A stretch of 64,000 nt of DNA from Arenimonas oryziterrae DSM 21050 = YC6267 (GCF_000420545.1 NZ_ATVD01000003.1:422370-486369); one strand, 5' to 3'; positions 38,081 to 49,097 are shown, counted from the stretch's first letter. Notes: generated by a model from the sequence alone, not told the origin. Numbers and translations: made by a program.

Positions 38081-39850
38081 TCAACGCAAGCGCGCGGCGA
38101 GGCCGCTCCAGCGCTGCGCGCGGCGCTGCAGGCCTTCGCGCAGGGCCGGTTCGCTCGCCCACAGCGTGACGTGTTCGCGGCAGCGGGTCAGTCCGGTGTA
38201 GAGCAGTTCGCGCGACAGCACGCGTGCGCTGCGTTCGGGCAGGGCCAGGAACACGCGCTCGAATTCCGAGCCCTGCGATTTGTGCACGGTCAGCGCGAAC
38301 GCTGATTCGTGCGCGGGCAAGGCCGCCGGCAACCACGCGCGCGGTCCGCCGTCGGCATCGAACCACACGCGCAATGACGGCTCGCCGGATGCGTCGTCGT
38401 GCTCCTGCCATGCGATGCCGATGTCGCCGTTGAAAAGACCATGGCGATAGCTGTTCTCGGTGATGAGCACAAGGCGGCCGTGGAAAAAGCCGCTGCCGCG
38501 TCGCGCCGGATCCAGCGCAGCGGCGATCTGCCCATTCAGGGTCTGGCTGCCGGCGGCGCCTTCGCGCACGGCGGTAAGCACGCGGAACTGCCGCGCTTCG
38601 GCCAGCGCGCTGGCGACATCGGGCGCGTCGGCGACCCGCCGGAATGCCGGCACGGCGGCCGCAAGCACGGCATCGGCGACGGCGCGATCACTGCCGTTGC
38701 GCCAGCTCACGCCGCGAAACGCATCATTCGCCAAGCCGCTCATGACCGCCTCGACCTCGCCGTCGCGCACGCGCGCGGCGAGTGTTGCGACGTCCACGTC
38801 CGCGCGCTGCCGATGCGTCTGCGTCAGATGCACGCGGGTTGGTCGCCTCGCGGGTGGGAGATCTGCGATCTCCGAGGCATCGCAGAGCGCAGCAAGCACA
38901 TCGCCGGTCTCCACCGACGGCAACTGGTCGCGATCGCCGATCAACAGCAAGGTCGCGGTCGGCGCGACGGCTTCCACGAGTTTGCACATCAGCGGCAGGT
39001 CGATCATCGAGGCTTCGTCGACGATGACCAGGTCCGCCGGCAGCGGATGCGCGGCATCGTGGCGAAAATCCGTGCTGTCCGGACGCCAGCCCAGCAGGCG
39101 ATGCAGGGTTCGTGCCTCCGGCGCGAGTTGTCGCGCCGCGTCTTCGCTCACGCGACCCTCGGCGACCAGGCGCGCCAAGGACTCGCGCACCGACTCCGCG
39201 AGTCGCGCCGCCGCTTTACCGGTTGGCGCCGCCAACGCGATCGTGGGAGCGGCGCCCGGGAAATTCTCGGCGAACACGACCAGGGCGCGCGCGACCGTCG
39301 TGGTTTTGCCTGTGCCGGGACCCCCGGTCAGCAACAGGAAATGCTCGCCAAGCAAGGCACGCGCGGTTCGCGCCTGCGCCCCGGCGACGTCTTCGGGAAA
39401 CAGTTGCGCGAGTCGCGCATCGACGGCCGCTGCCACCGGTGTCGCCGTCGTCGTCAGGCGATGCGCGATCGCCTCGGCCAGGCGCACTTCGTAGCGCCAA
39501 TACCGCCGCAGCGACAGCGCCTCGTCTTCGAGTACCAGTGGCGTGACTGGACTGGCGCAGACGCCCGCGACAGCCAGGGACACCCACGGCGAGCCATGCA
39601 GCACCGCCAGCCATTCGTCGTGCGGCGGCAGCTCGGGCAATGCGCGCTCGGCGCCGATATCGAGCAGAAGTTCCGGCACCAGGGCCAGCGGCAACTGACT
39701 ATGCCCCTGGGCGATCGCACGGCTGCACAATGCCGCGGCGGCGAGCACGAGGTCGGGCGTGTCCGGGCGCAGACGGCGCAGGCTCTCGCCGAGCGCATGA
39801 TCGACCGTGCGCAACCAGCCGCCGCGATACAGCGCGAGCAAGAGGCTCAT
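38081..39850 (-). CDS. recD: exodeoxyribonuclease V alpha subunit
   Basis: Walker A GGPGTGKTT, DEASMID and a C-terminal SF1 helicase region. Its start overlaps the recB stop, in the recC-recB-recD order. Confidence 0.9.
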   Translation of the reverse strand: MSLLLALYRGGWLRTVDHALGESLRRLRPDTPDLVLAAAALCSRAIAQGHSQLPLALVPELLLDIGAERALPELPPHDEWLAVLHGSPWVSLAVAGVCASPVTPLVLEDEALSLRRYWRYEVRLAEAIAHRLTTTATPVAAAVDARLAQLFPEDVAGAQARTARALLGEHFLLLTGGPGTGKTTTVARALVVFAENFPGAAPTIALAAPTGKAAARLAESVRESLARLVAEGRVSEDAARQLAPEARTLHRLLGWRPDSTDFRHDAAHPLPADLVIVDEASMIDLPLMCKLVEAVAPTATLLLIGDRDQLPSVETGDVLAALCDASEIADLPPARRPTRVHLTQTHRQRADVDVATLAARVRDGEVEAVMSGLANDAFRGVSWRNGSDRAVADAVLAAAVPAFRRVADAPDVASALAEARQFRVLTAVREGAAGSQTLNGQIAAALDPARRGSGFFHGRLVLITENSYRHGLFNGDIGIAWQEHDDASGEPSLRVWFDADGGPRAWLPAALPAHESAFALTVHKSQGSEFERVFLALPERSARVLSRELLYTGLTRCREHVTLWASEPALREGLQRRAQRWSGLAARLR

Positions 39851-42800
39851 GCTTCGATCTCCGCGCGCTGCGAGAACAGGCGATCGAGTGCCTCGATCAG
39901 GGCCGCCGGCAGGTCCACCGCATGGATGCCGGGCGAGTCGGCGGCGAGCGCGTCGAGTCCGCGACAGAAGAGGTATCGCACGCCGCCCAGATGTCGCTCC
40001 GGCGCATAGTCCGTGCCTAGGCGGAACCGCAGCCAGCGATGCAGGGCCAGCGTGTAGATCACGTACTGCAGGTCGTACTCGCTGTCGCGCACGGCCTGGG
40101 CCAGCGTGGCCGGCGCGTAATCGCGCAACTGGTTCGATTTGTAGTCGAGCACGTGGTAGCGCCCGTCGAATTCATAGATCAGGTCGATGAAACCGGTCAG
40201 CAGACCTTCGAGCTTGCGGCGCGCGCCGAAGGTCTGACGCTCCGACACCAGCCCGTGGGCATGCAGCCGCGCGAGGAACGCAGGAATCGCGGTCGGGGCA
40301 AGCGCGAGATGAAATTCCATTTCCGCGCGCCGCGCACCGGCCGGCAGCCGCGCCAGGCGCGCGCCTTCGGGCAGGCGCACATTGAGGGTGTTCGCCACCA
40401 GGGACGTCAGCAGCGGCACGCCTTCGGCGAGATCGTTCTCGCCAGTGTAGCCCTGTTCGCGCAAGGCGCCTGCCAGCAGCTCGAACTGGCCTTCGGGCGG
40501 CAACGGCGCCTGCCAGTCGCGCCAGGCCACGACGTCCGCCAGCTCCAGGGCCGTATGCAAGGCATTGCCGAAACGCGCGCCGGCGAAACGCGAAGACGCG
40601 GGTAGCGCCGGCGCCTCGCTCTCGTCGCTCGCGCCGCGTTCTTCGGCGCCGCTGTCTTCGCGCGTGAGCTGCGAAAAGCTGTAGATCCACCAGTCGCGAT
40701 CGAGCGTACGCCGGGCGATCGCGGCCGCGGGCACCGGCGCGCTCGGCCCGACTGGCGGCGCGACCGGCGATCGCGTCGCCGGTGCGGGTGCGATCGCGAC
40801 GTGCAGCGCGTTCACATTGAGCGCCTCGGCGCGCGCGTGCCACGCCGCCAGACGCAGCGCGATGTTGTTGTCATCGATCTTGCCGACGGTCTCCGCGTCC
40901 GGCGCGCGATGCAGCAACCAGGCGAGCGCCGTCTTCTCCGCGTCTTTCGCCGGTCCCCAGGCGATCCAGGTCGCCAGGCGTGCGCGCGTCAAGCCGACGT
41001 AGAGCAGGCGCAGATCCTCGGCGCGCTCTTCCTCGGCATCGCGACGCAGCGCGTCGCCGCCCTTGTCCGGATACAGGAGGCTGATCCGTCGCGTGTCATC
41101 GTGGTAGCTGGCCATCGCGGGAGTGCGCGTGCGCCGGCTGTTGCCGCCCGTGGCGAGGAACGGCAGGAAGACGAGATCGAATTCCAGGCCTTTGCTCTTG
41201 TGCAGCGTGAGGATCTTCACGCGCTCGGCGTCGGACTCCAGGCGCAGCAGTTCGCCTTCATTCTCCGCATCGGCCTCGCGCAGGCGACGATCGAGCGCGT
41301 CGGCGAGACCAGCCAGCCCCAGCGCCGCCGCGTCGGCCTCCTGCAGGGCTTCGGCCAGCTGCAGATAGTTGGTGAGGCGACGCTCGCCATCGCGCAGGCC
41401 CAGCAGGCGCGGCGCGTTTTCCGCGCACAGATCGTTGATCAGGGCGAGCGGACCGTGCCGCTCGGTGCGCTCACGCCAGTGTTGCAACCGGTCCTGCCAA
41501 CGCCGGTGCGCGGCTTCGTCGGTATCGAGCGCGGCGATCGCGAGTGCATCGAGTCCGAACAGCGGCGCGGCGAGCGCGGCCCGCAGGCGCGCCTCGTCGC
41601 CGGGTTCGTTCAAGGCCGCAAGCAGCCAGCGCAGATGCCGCGCCTCCTCGGTCTGGTACAGGCTGAGCTTGCCGGCCGCGACGCTGGGGATGCCCGCTGC
41701 CGCGAGCGCGCGGCGCATGCGCGCCGCATCGTCATGACGCTCGACGAGGATGGCGATGTCGCCGGGCCGCACGCCCTGGGTCGTGCCGTGTTTGCCGGTG
41801 CGCAGCAGGCGACCGGCGGCGCCGTCGACGAGCAGATCGCGGATCGTCGCGACGCAGGCCTGCGCGGCCGCCTCGCGCGCACCATCGATGCCGGAGCCGG
41901 TCGGCTCGAAGCGCAGCGCCGTGAGCGCGGGCACGATCGCGCCGTCGTGCAGGAGATGGCGGTCGTCGGCCTGGTCGCCGGCGAGCACCGGTTGGAAGCC
42001 GATGCCCGCCTGCGCGAACGCGCGCGGACCGGCGAGATCGAACAGCGCCTGCACCGCCGCGAGCATCGCCGGCCGCGAGCGATAGTTGTGCACAAGCGAA
42101 TGTCGTTGTGCGGGTGTCGCTGCGCGCGCCGCCGCGAGATAGGTGAACACGTCGCCGCCGCGGAAGCGGTAGATCGCCTGCTTAGGATCGCCGATGAGGA
42201 ACAGCGCGCGCATGCTGTCGTCGTCCGCATAGGGCGGAGCGAACAGACGCCGGAAAATCGCCCACTGGCGCGGATCGGTGTCCTGGAACTCGTCGAGCAG
42301 GGCGACGCGGTATTGCGTCTGCAGGCGGGCGGCGAAACCTGCGCCCTGTGGTCCGTCCAACGCGTCAGCGACACCGCGGATCATGTCGTCGAAACCAAGC
42401 AGGCCGCGCTGCTGCTTGAGCGTGTCCAGACGCGCGCGCGCGAAGGTCACGGCCTCATGCACCAGGGCGATGCGGCGATCGCGTTCGACTTCCTCGACGA
42501 AATCGCGCGCATCCGACCAGCGCTCGATCGCAACGAACACCGGCGACTCGGGCGTGACCTGCTTCTTGTTCGTGGCGTCGGCCAGTTTGCTCTGGCCAAA
42601 CTTGCCGAGTTTGTCCGGATCGACAGGCGGATCGTCTTCGGACTCGGTCTGCGCCCAGGCCCGCAGGCTGCGCCAGACGGCTTCGAAGGTCGGTGCCTTG
42701 ATCTTGACGCCGCTGAGTACACCGCTGGCGATCGCGTCACGCAGCCTGTCGCCGGCCTGCTCGCCCTCGCTGATCGCAGCGCGTTGCAAGGCCCGTCGCG

Positions 42801-43461
42801 CCAGCGCGAGCGCCTGTTCGGCGCCGTCATCGCGCGGCGTCGGTTCGGGCAGGAGCACGTCCACGGCCAGCAGGCCGCGCAGGCTGTCGGCCAGTGCCGC
42901 CGGCGCTTTCCAGATCGCACGCAGACGCCGTGCCGTCGCTTCCTCGCGTGAGCGCAGGCGCCAGAAGTCGGTCGCGACTTCCTCGCGCAGCGCGGCTTCA
43001 TTTTCGATGAGCACGCGTTCGATCAGCGGCTGTCCGGCTTCGAGCGCATGGTCGGCGAGCGCGCGCCGGCAGAAGCCGTGGATCGTGTGGATCGGCGCGA
43101 GGTCCATGGCCGCGGCCGCGGTGCGCAAGCGCTGGCGCAGCGGCTCGCGGCCTTCGCGACCGATCGCCGCGTCGAGCAGCCATTGCGTCGACGCATGCGC
43201 CGGATCCGCGGCGGCTGCTTGGCCGTCGAGCAGGGCGAGCGCGAGCAGCAGGCGTGCACGCAGGCGTTCGCGCAATTCCTTGGTCGCAGCCTCGGTGAAG
43301 GTGACGGCGAGAATTTCCGAAACCGGCAGGCGCTGCTCGATGATCAGGCGCGCATGGATCGTCGCGAGTGTGAAGGTCTTGCCCGTGCCGGCGCTGGCTT
43401 CGATGAGCTGCAGGCCCTGCAGCGGCACCTGCAGGCCGAGGTCGGTCGCGACGGCGCTCAT
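39847..43461 (-). CDS. recB: exodeoxyribonuclease V beta subunit (helicase-nuclease)
   Basis: 1204 aa with UvrD-like Walker A AGTGKTFTL and a C-terminal PD-(D/E)xK nuclease region. Its start overlaps the recC stop. Confidence 0.9.
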   Translation of the reverse strand: MSAVATDLGLQVPLQGLQLIEASAGTGKTFTLATIHARLIIEQRLPVSEILAVTFTEAATKELRERLRARLLLALALLDGQAAAADPAHASTQWLLDAAIGREGREPLRQRLRTAAAAMDLAPIHTIHGFCRRALADHALEAGQPLIERVLIENEAALREEVATDFWRLRSREEATARRLRAIWKAPAALADSLRGLLAVDVLLPEPTPRDDGAEQALALARRALQRAAISEGEQAGDRLRDAIASGVLSGVKIKAPTFEAVWRSLRAWAQTESEDDPPVDPDKLGKFGQSKLADATNKKQVTPESPVFVAIERWSDARDFVEEVERDRRIALVHEAVTFARARLDTLKQQRGLLGFDDMIRGVADALDGPQGAGFAARLQTQYRVALLDEFQDTDPRQWAIFRRLFAPPYADDDSMRALFLIGDPKQAIYRFRGGDVFTYLAAARAATPAQRHSLVHNYRSRPAMLAAVQALFDLAGPRAFAQAGIGFQPVLAGDQADDRHLLHDGAIVPALTALRFEPTGSGIDGAREAAAQACVATIRDLLVDGAAGRLLRTGKHGTTQGVRPGDIAILVERHDDAARMRRALAAAGIPSVAAGKLSLYQTEEARHLRWLLAALNEPGDEARLRAALAAPLFGLDALAIAALDTDEAAHRRWQDRLQHWRERTERHGPLALINDLCAENAPRLLGLRDGERRLTNYLQLAEALQEADAAALGLAGLADALDRRLREADAENEGELLRLESDAERVKILTLHKSKGLEFDLVFLPFLATGGNSRRTRTPAMASYHDDTRRISLLYPDKGGDALRRDAEEERAEDLRLLYVGLTRARLATWIAWGPAKDAEKTALAWLLHRAPDAETVGKIDDNNIALRLAAWHARAEALNVNALHVAIAPAPATRSPVAPPVGPSAPVPAAAIARRTLDRDWWIYSFSQLTREDSGAEERGASDESEAPALPASSRFAGARFGNALHTALELADVVAWRDWQAPLPPEGQFELLAGALREQGYTGENDLAEGVPLLTSLVANTLNVRLPEGARLARLPAGARRAEMEFHLALAPTAIPAFLARLHAHGLVSERQTFGARRKLEGLLTGFIDLIYEFDGRYHVLDYKSNQLRDYAPATLAQAVRDSEYDLQYVIYTLALHRWLRFRLGTDYAPERHLGGVRYLFCRGLDALAADSPGIHAVDLPAALIEALDRLFSQRAEIEA

Positions 43462-46400
43462 GGCGGCGCTCCCGGGTCGCCGGCCAGCGCGGCGAACACC
43501 TCGAGCGCAGCGCGGCGAAACGCCTCGGCCGCGGCGCCGGACGGATCGTCGAGCGCATCGTCAAAGGGATCGCGGCCGCGCAGGGCCAGGCGCACGGCAT
43601 CGCTCTCGCCTTCGCCGTAGCCCTGACGAGAGAGCCACTGCTCTTTCGCCTGCGACCAGCCGTCGCGGCCCGCGCGCGCGGCTTCGTACAGCACATGCGC
43701 GGTGCGCGGCATGAACGGCAACACCTGCGTTTGCGCCAGTCTATGCAGGGCGACCAGTGCGCGCAGTCCGGCGATCGCAGCGGCCGCCGGCACCGGCGAA
43801 AGTTCTTCCGGTTCGCCGCCGCGCATCATCCGATGGATCGGTCGCGTTTCGCCGAGCGCGGCCCAGACGAGCGCATCAAATTGCAGGCCGAGCAGAGAAT
43901 GGCCTTGCGCACGGCTGGCACTGAATTGCAGCAGGCCGGTGTCGTGGATGTCGGCGAGTTCACCGCGAAGGATCGTGTCGCCCAGATCGAGGGCATACGT
44001 GCGTACGCGTCCAGGCCCTTGTGCCCAGCCGCGCCAAGCGGCAGCGGCGGGCGCGAGTTCGGCGAGGATCTGTTTCAGTTCGACCTCGCCATCGGCGCCC
44101 GGCGCGAGCCGGCCTTCGGCGAGCAGGCGCGCGCGCAGACGATCGGCGTCGGGCGCGGCGTCGCGCGCGAGCTCGGTGAAGACGCGCTGCGCGAGCGCCT
44201 GCGTGCGTCGACCGTCGTCCTCGCCCAGCGGCTCGGCGTCGGGCAGAGCCTCTTCGGAAGCGTCCAAGCGTAGGCCCAGACCCTGGCGCAGATACGCGCG
44301 CGGCGGGTGTTTGAGCGTGCGCACGATGTCGTCGCGCGTGAGCTCGGTCGTCGTCGCTGCGAGCGCGGGCAAGGGCGCAGCGAATGCGGGCAGGTCGGTG
44401 AGCGTCGCGGTCGTCGCGTCCACCGACGGCCGCCAGTTCGCGCGGTAGCTCAGGCGGCGCGCATCGCCCTGGCCGAATGCGGCCGGCGAAAACGGCTGCA
44501 AGGGATGGTCGACGATCAGCTCCCGGCGCGCGTTCGCGGCATCGGCGAAATACTCCGAGGCCGCATCGGCGAGTTCGGCGACCACGACCGAGGGCGGCAG
44601 GGCTTCGCCGCTGCGCGGATCCTGGCCGAGATAGCTGACGTAGAACACGTCGCCGGCAGCCGCGAACAATTGCAGGAACAGGCTGCGGTCGTCGTCGCGG
44701 ATCGAGCGGTCGCCGTGCTGACGCTGCGCGGTGCCAAGCACGGCAGCGAGCCGGTTGAGACTGCCGGCGGGATCGCGACGCGGGAATTCGCCGTCGTTCA
44801 TGCCCAGCAGACAGATCACCCGGAACGGAATCAGGCGCATCGGCACCATCTTGCCGAAGGTGACGCCGCCGCTGAGCCAGGGCTGGCGCGTATCGTCGGC
44901 GGCCAGCGCCGACTGGAACCACGCGCGCATCACCGGCGCGGGAATTGGCGCGTCAAGCTGCGCCGCCTGCACTTGCGCCGCGAACGTCGAGATCAACCCG
45001 CGCAGCCACTCCAGCGTGCGCTGGTCGGCCGGCGCTGCCGGGCGTTCGGGGAAAATATCGAGCAGCATCTGCGACAGCCGCGTCTGCCAATCGCCGGCGC
45101 GGTGATCGCCCTGCAACTGCCGCTGCCAGCGCGCGAACGCGCGCAGACCTTGCAGCAGAGAATCGAGCGTCGCGACGGCGCCGCCTTCGAGCACGGGCAA
45201 GGGCGCGACGCCCGCGACGGTGTCCGCCTCGCCGACAGCGTGACCGAGCAGCAGACGATCGATCGCCCAGGCCCAGGTGTAGGCCGCGTCCTCGGGCGCA
45301 TCGAGCGCGAGGCGATGCGCGGCATTCAGTCCCCAACGCGCGCCGGCCGCGTGCAGCCAATCGCGCAAGCGGTCGAAATCCGCGCCGTCCAGTCCGAAGC
45401 GCTGCGCGATCGCTGGTACCGCCAGCCACTCGAGGATCTCGGTGGCGGTGAAGCGTGCGTCGGGCAAGGCCAGCAGTGTCGCGAAGGCTTCCGCGAGTGC
45501 CTGCGTGGCGAGCACGCTGCGGTCGCCGATCGCGTACGGAATCGCTAGTGTGCCCTCAGCGCCGCCGAACACCGCGGCGATCGCTGGCGCGTACGCATCG
45601 ATATCCGGCGTGAGCACCGCGATATCGCGCGGTTGCAGGCCGGGGTCCGCGTCCAGCAGCGCGCGCAGTTGGTCGTGCAGCACCTGCACTTCGCGCAGAC
45701 GCGTGTGGCAGTTGTGAAACTGCAGGCTGCGCTGACCGGCCGCGAGCGGATCGAACACCGGACGCTGCACGTCGCCGCGTCGCGTCGGGGTCGGTCGGCG
45801 CGCGAGCAGATCGCGCTGCAGTTCGTGCAGCAGGCCGGGCCGGTCGCTGGCATCGGGCGGCACATAGATCGCCTGCTCCCAGCTCGGATGCGCGGCTTCG
45901 TAGGAAAACAGCAGCTGCACGAAATCGCGGCTGGCGGCACCGTTCGCGCGCAGCAGCGGGTTTTCGCGATCGGCAAAAACCGCATCGGCATCGTCGCGCA
46001 GGCGCTCGCGCGCACCGCGCAGATCGCCCCACCAGCCGGCGACCGGCGAGACGAAGAAAAAATGCAGGCTGCCCGCGCGCGCCGTCGACGCGATCACGCG
46101 CAATACGTCCGGCGACACGTTCTGGCAGGCGAACGCGAAAACGCGCGGCGGCAGACCGGCCGGCGCCGGCGAATCCTCGTCGCCGAAACGCGCGAGATAG
46201 GCCTGCAGACGCGCGGCGCGGTGACCGAGCCCGCGCGTCGCCCGCCGCCACAGTTCGGCCTGCCAGTCGTCGCGATCCGCGCCCGCATCCCAGCGCATCA
46301 ACCACGCCCGTCGCCAGGCCTGGTATTTCTCGAACACGCCGGCGAGTTCGCCCGCGAGCGTCCACGCGGTCAGCCGGCGATCGCCGCCGGCCAGAACGGC

Positions 46401-46763
46401 CCGCAGCGGCGCGAACACCGGCGCGGCCATCGCGCTGGCATCGTCGAGCACGGCCCACAGCCGCCAACGCAGGGTCGCGGCATCGGCCACGGCCAGATCG
46501 TCGGTCTGCGGCAGATTGGCGTCGAGCGCGCGCGCGACCAGTTCGCCGGGCGTGAGGAATTCCAGGTTCGCGGCGATGCCGTGCCGTTCGGCGAGGGTCT
46601 TCTGCAGCCAGCGGCGCATCGCCGGCTGCGGAATCACGATCGTGTCGGGATCGAGCAGGGCGCGTCCGGGCACGGGCCGGGCGAGCTCGGCGGCGAGAAT
46701 GCCGGCGAGCACGTCGAGATCGTTGCCGTGATACAGGCGAAAGTCGGAAGGGGCCGAAGGCAT
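43458..46763 (-). CDS. recC: exodeoxyribonuclease V gamma subunit
   Basis: 1101 aa. N-terminus MPSAPSDFRLYHGNDLDVLAGILA is typical of RecC. First gene of the three-gene operon. Confidence 0.9.
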   Translation of the reverse strand: MPSAPSDFRLYHGNDLDVLAGILAAELARPVPGRALLDPDTIVIPQPAMRRWLQKTLAERHGIAANLEFLTPGELVARALDANLPQTDDLAVADAATLRWRLWAVLDDASAMAAPVFAPLRAVLAGGDRRLTAWTLAGELAGVFEKYQAWRRAWLMRWDAGADRDDWQAELWRRATRGLGHRAARLQAYLARFGDEDSPAPAGLPPRVFAFACQNVSPDVLRVIASTARAGSLHFFFVSPVAGWWGDLRGARERLRDDADAVFADRENPLLRANGAASRDFVQLLFSYEAAHPSWEQAIYVPPDASDRPGLLHELQRDLLARRPTPTRRGDVQRPVFDPLAAGQRSLQFHNCHTRLREVQVLHDQLRALLDADPGLQPRDIAVLTPDIDAYAPAIAAVFGGAEGTLAIPYAIGDRSVLATQALAEAFATLLALPDARFTATEILEWLAVPAIAQRFGLDGADFDRLRDWLHAAGARWGLNAAHRLALDAPEDAAYTWAWAIDRLLLGHAVGEADTVAGVAPLPVLEGGAVATLDSLLQGLRAFARWQRQLQGDHRAGDWQTRLSQMLLDIFPERPAAPADQRTLEWLRGLISTFAAQVQAAQLDAPIPAPVMRAWFQSALAADDTRQPWLSGGVTFGKMVPMRLIPFRVICLLGMNDGEFPRRDPAGSLNRLAAVLGTAQRQHGDRSIRDDDRSLFLQLFAAAGDVFYVSYLGQDPRSGEALPPSVVVAELADAASEYFADAANARRELIVDHPLQPFSPAAFGQGDARRLSYRANWRPSVDATTATLTDLPAFAAPLPALAATTTELTRDDIVRTLKHPPRAYLRQGLGLRLDASEEALPDAEPLGEDDGRRTQALAQRVFTELARDAAPDADRLRARLLAEGRLAPGADGEVELKQILAELAPAAAAWRGWAQGPGRVRTYALDLGDTILRGELADIHDTGLLQFSASRAQGHSLLGLQFDALVWAALGETRPIHRMMRGGEPEELSPVPAAAAIAGLRALVALHRLAQTQVLPFMPRTAHVLYEAARAGRDGWSQAKEQWLSRQGYGEGESDAVRLALRGRDPFDDALDDPSGAAAEAFRRAALEVFAALAGDPGAPP

Positions 46764-46810
46764 GCGCCCATGATGCCGGATGCCGGTCGCAACCGACGAG
46801 ACGGCTGCGC

Positions 46811-48409
46811 CTAGGCCGTGCCGACCGGTTCTTCCTCGAACCGCACCAGATGCCGCACACCCGGCGACAGCGCTTCGACGACATAGCTGCCGCGTTGCGC
46901 GAGCACGCGGTCAGAAATCGCCGGCAGCGGATTGGCCTCGATCGGGAATTCGACGAAGGGCGAGGATTCGATCTCGATCAGCACTTCGACCTGCAGCCGG
47001 TGGATCTGCCCGGGCATCACATCGAGCTTGATGAACACGCGGTGCACCGACTCCATGCGCGTGGCCTCGCTGACCGCCGCCTGGCAGATACGGTAGACGG
47101 CGGTCTGGGCATCGTCATTGAGCGCTTCGAGGCGACCGTAGAACGCGCTCTCGAAATCGATGCCGGCATCCTCGAGCATTTCCCGCAGCGGGCCGGCACC
47201 GATCGCTTCGCGCAGGCCGTGCGTGTCCAGTGCCTGCGGACGCAGCTGGCGCAGCACGCGGCGCAGGCTGTCCTGCATTTCCCGTACCTGCTCGCGCACC
47301 GACTCGAGCAGGCGCAGGGTCTGTTCGTCGCGCACATCGCGGAACGCCAGGCTGATGCGCGTGCCGAGCGCGTGGATGGCCTGGCCCAGTTCGTAGTCCA
47401 GTTCGCCGGCGAGTTCGCGCTGGCCCTGTTCTTCCAGGCGCACGAGGCGCTGGCTGACGTTGCGCAGTTCGTTGGCGATGCGCCCGAGGTCCTGGTTGGC
47501 CTGGCCCAGCTCGCGATGGCGGCGGGCGAGGTGTTCGTGGCTGCGGCGCAGTTCGCTGCTCGCTGCGCCGAGCACCAGACCGCCGGTGCCGACGACGGCG
47601 ATCGCCAGCTGCAGGGCGGTCATGTCCACGGGCAGGGCGCTCAGCCGCGCGAGCGCTTCGATGCCCAGGCCAGTCAGGGTCACCGCGATCGCCGCGCCCG
47701 CCCAGCCTTGCCGGAATGCGACGAAGAAGATCGGTGCGAAGCCGAGCATGAGCAGGTACGGCGCCAGGTCGCTGCGCTGCTGCAGGATCGCGAACACCGA
47801 CAGCGAGAACAGGCACTGCAGCACGATGTCGCGCCACAGCGCCCGCCCCATCGGCGGCCGCAGCGCCGGGCGCAGGGCGAGGATCAGGGTGGGCGTGAGC
47901 ACCAGCTGCCCGGTGAAATCGCCATACAGAAACGCGAAGGTACCGGCGAGCGAGCCGCGCGCCAGGCCCATGCCGCCGGGCAGGTAGTGCGAGAGCAGGG
48001 GCGAGACCAGGGCCGCGCAGCCCAGGCCCGTGCCGACCAGCAGCAGCATGCGCGTGGGGTCGTCGATGCGGGTTTCGTCCGGACTGCCGCGCACCATCAT
48101 CACCAGGGCGGCATAGATCAGGAACGGGAAGATGTTGAGCGCGATGAACACCGGATCGAGCACGGCGTCGCCGCGCATCAGGGTCACCAGGGCCAGGCCG
48201 GACCATTCGCCCAGGGCGATCCAGCCCCAGCGCCGCGTCGGGGTCAGCCACAACGCGCCCAGGCGCAGGCCGGCCGGCAGGAACCACAGCACGTGCGAAA
48301 TCGCCAACAGGAACTGCCAGCTCAGGCCGTAAAGCAGGGCCAGGCCCAGCCAAATCAGGGGCGTGCGCCAATCGCGCCGAGCGACCGCCGTGGCGGCATC
48401 GGGGCTCAT
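46811..48409 (-). CDS. MASE1-domain sensor histidine kinase (HisKA_3/NarX-type)
   Basis: Around seven N-terminal TM helices (MASE1-like), then a coiled coil and an H-box-like ELGQAIHALG. The C-terminal ATP-binding region appears short/divergent. Located 47 bp upstream of recC on the same strand. Confidence 0.65.
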   Translation of the reverse strand: MSPDAATAVARRDWRTPLIWLGLALLYGLSWQFLLAISHVLWFLPAGLRLGALWLTPTRRWGWIALGEWSGLALVTLMRGDAVLDPVFIALNIFPFLIYAALVMMVRGSPDETRIDDPTRMLLLVGTGLGCAALVSPLLSHYLPGGMGLARGSLAGTFAFLYGDFTGQLVLTPTLILALRPALRPPMGRALWRDIVLQCLFSLSVFAILQQRSDLAPYLLMLGFAPIFFVAFRQGWAGAAIAVTLTGLGIEALARLSALPVDMTALQLAIAVVGTGGLVLGAASSELRRSHEHLARRHRELGQANQDLGRIANELRNVSQRLVRLEEQGQRELAGELDYELGQAIHALGTRISLAFRDVRDEQTLRLLESVREQVREMQDSLRRVLRQLRPQALDTHGLREAIGAGPLREMLEDAGIDFESAFYGRLEALNDDAQTAVYRICQAAVSEATRMESVHRVFIKLDVMPGQIHRLQVEVLIEIESSPFVEFPIEANPLPAISDRVLAQRGSYVVEALSPGVRHLVRFEEEPVGTA

Positions 48410-48578
48410 GGGGCCCGGGGCGTGGCGCGTTCGACTGGCATGCGTCGATTAGCCCGCAACCCGCGATTGCGGTCAATAGCACGAGGGGCCGGACACGCCG
48501 CGCTTTTAAAGGCAGGGGCCCGGCCGATATAATCCCGCCCTTACGAATCTACGGGCCCCGGCCCGCACCGGAACCACT

Positions 48579-49097
48579 GTGCGCAACCACGACCTCGTAT
48601 TCCTCAAGCATTTCTCGCAGGTGATCGGCGTGCTCGTCGCGATCACGATCGCCCTGATCCTGCTCGGCCGCCACTTCAACGGCTACAAGCCGCCGGAAGT
48701 GAACAAGACCGCCGAAGCCGCCACCGTGAACCGCATCAAGCCCGCCGGCGGCGTGTTTGCCGGTGCCACCGGCGCCGCCGCCCAGGCCGCTGCGGCCCAG
48801 GCCGCGCTCGACGCCGCCAAGGGCCAGGTCGCCTACGAAGGCACGCTCGACGGCGCCGTCATCTTCGGCAACCTGTGCACCGGCTGCCACACCGCCGGCG
48901 TCGCCAAGGCGCCCAAGCTCGTGAAGGCCGAGTGGGCCGCGCGCCTGGCCCAGGGCAAGGACACCCTGCACAAGCACGCGATCGAGGGCTACAACGGTCC
49001 CGATGGCGGCGTGATGCCGGCCCGCGGCGGCAACCCCGCCCTGAGCGACGAGCAGGTCATCGCGACCGTCGAATGGATGATCGGCCAGCTGAAGTAA
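48579..49097 (+). CDS. cytochrome c5-like membrane-anchored c-type cytochrome
   Basis: N-terminal TM anchor and a single CTGCH heme-binding motif near the C-terminus, with an Ala-rich linker. GTG start per the track. Confidence 0.75.
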   Translation: MRNHDLVFLKHFSQVIGVLVAITIALILLGRHFNGYKPPEVNKTAEAATVNRIKPAGGVFAGATGAAAQAAAAQAALDAAKGQVAYEGTLDGAVIFGNLCTGCHTAGVAKAPKLVKAEWAARLAQGKDTLHKHAIEGYNGPDGGVMPARGGNPALSDEQVIATVEWMIGQLK

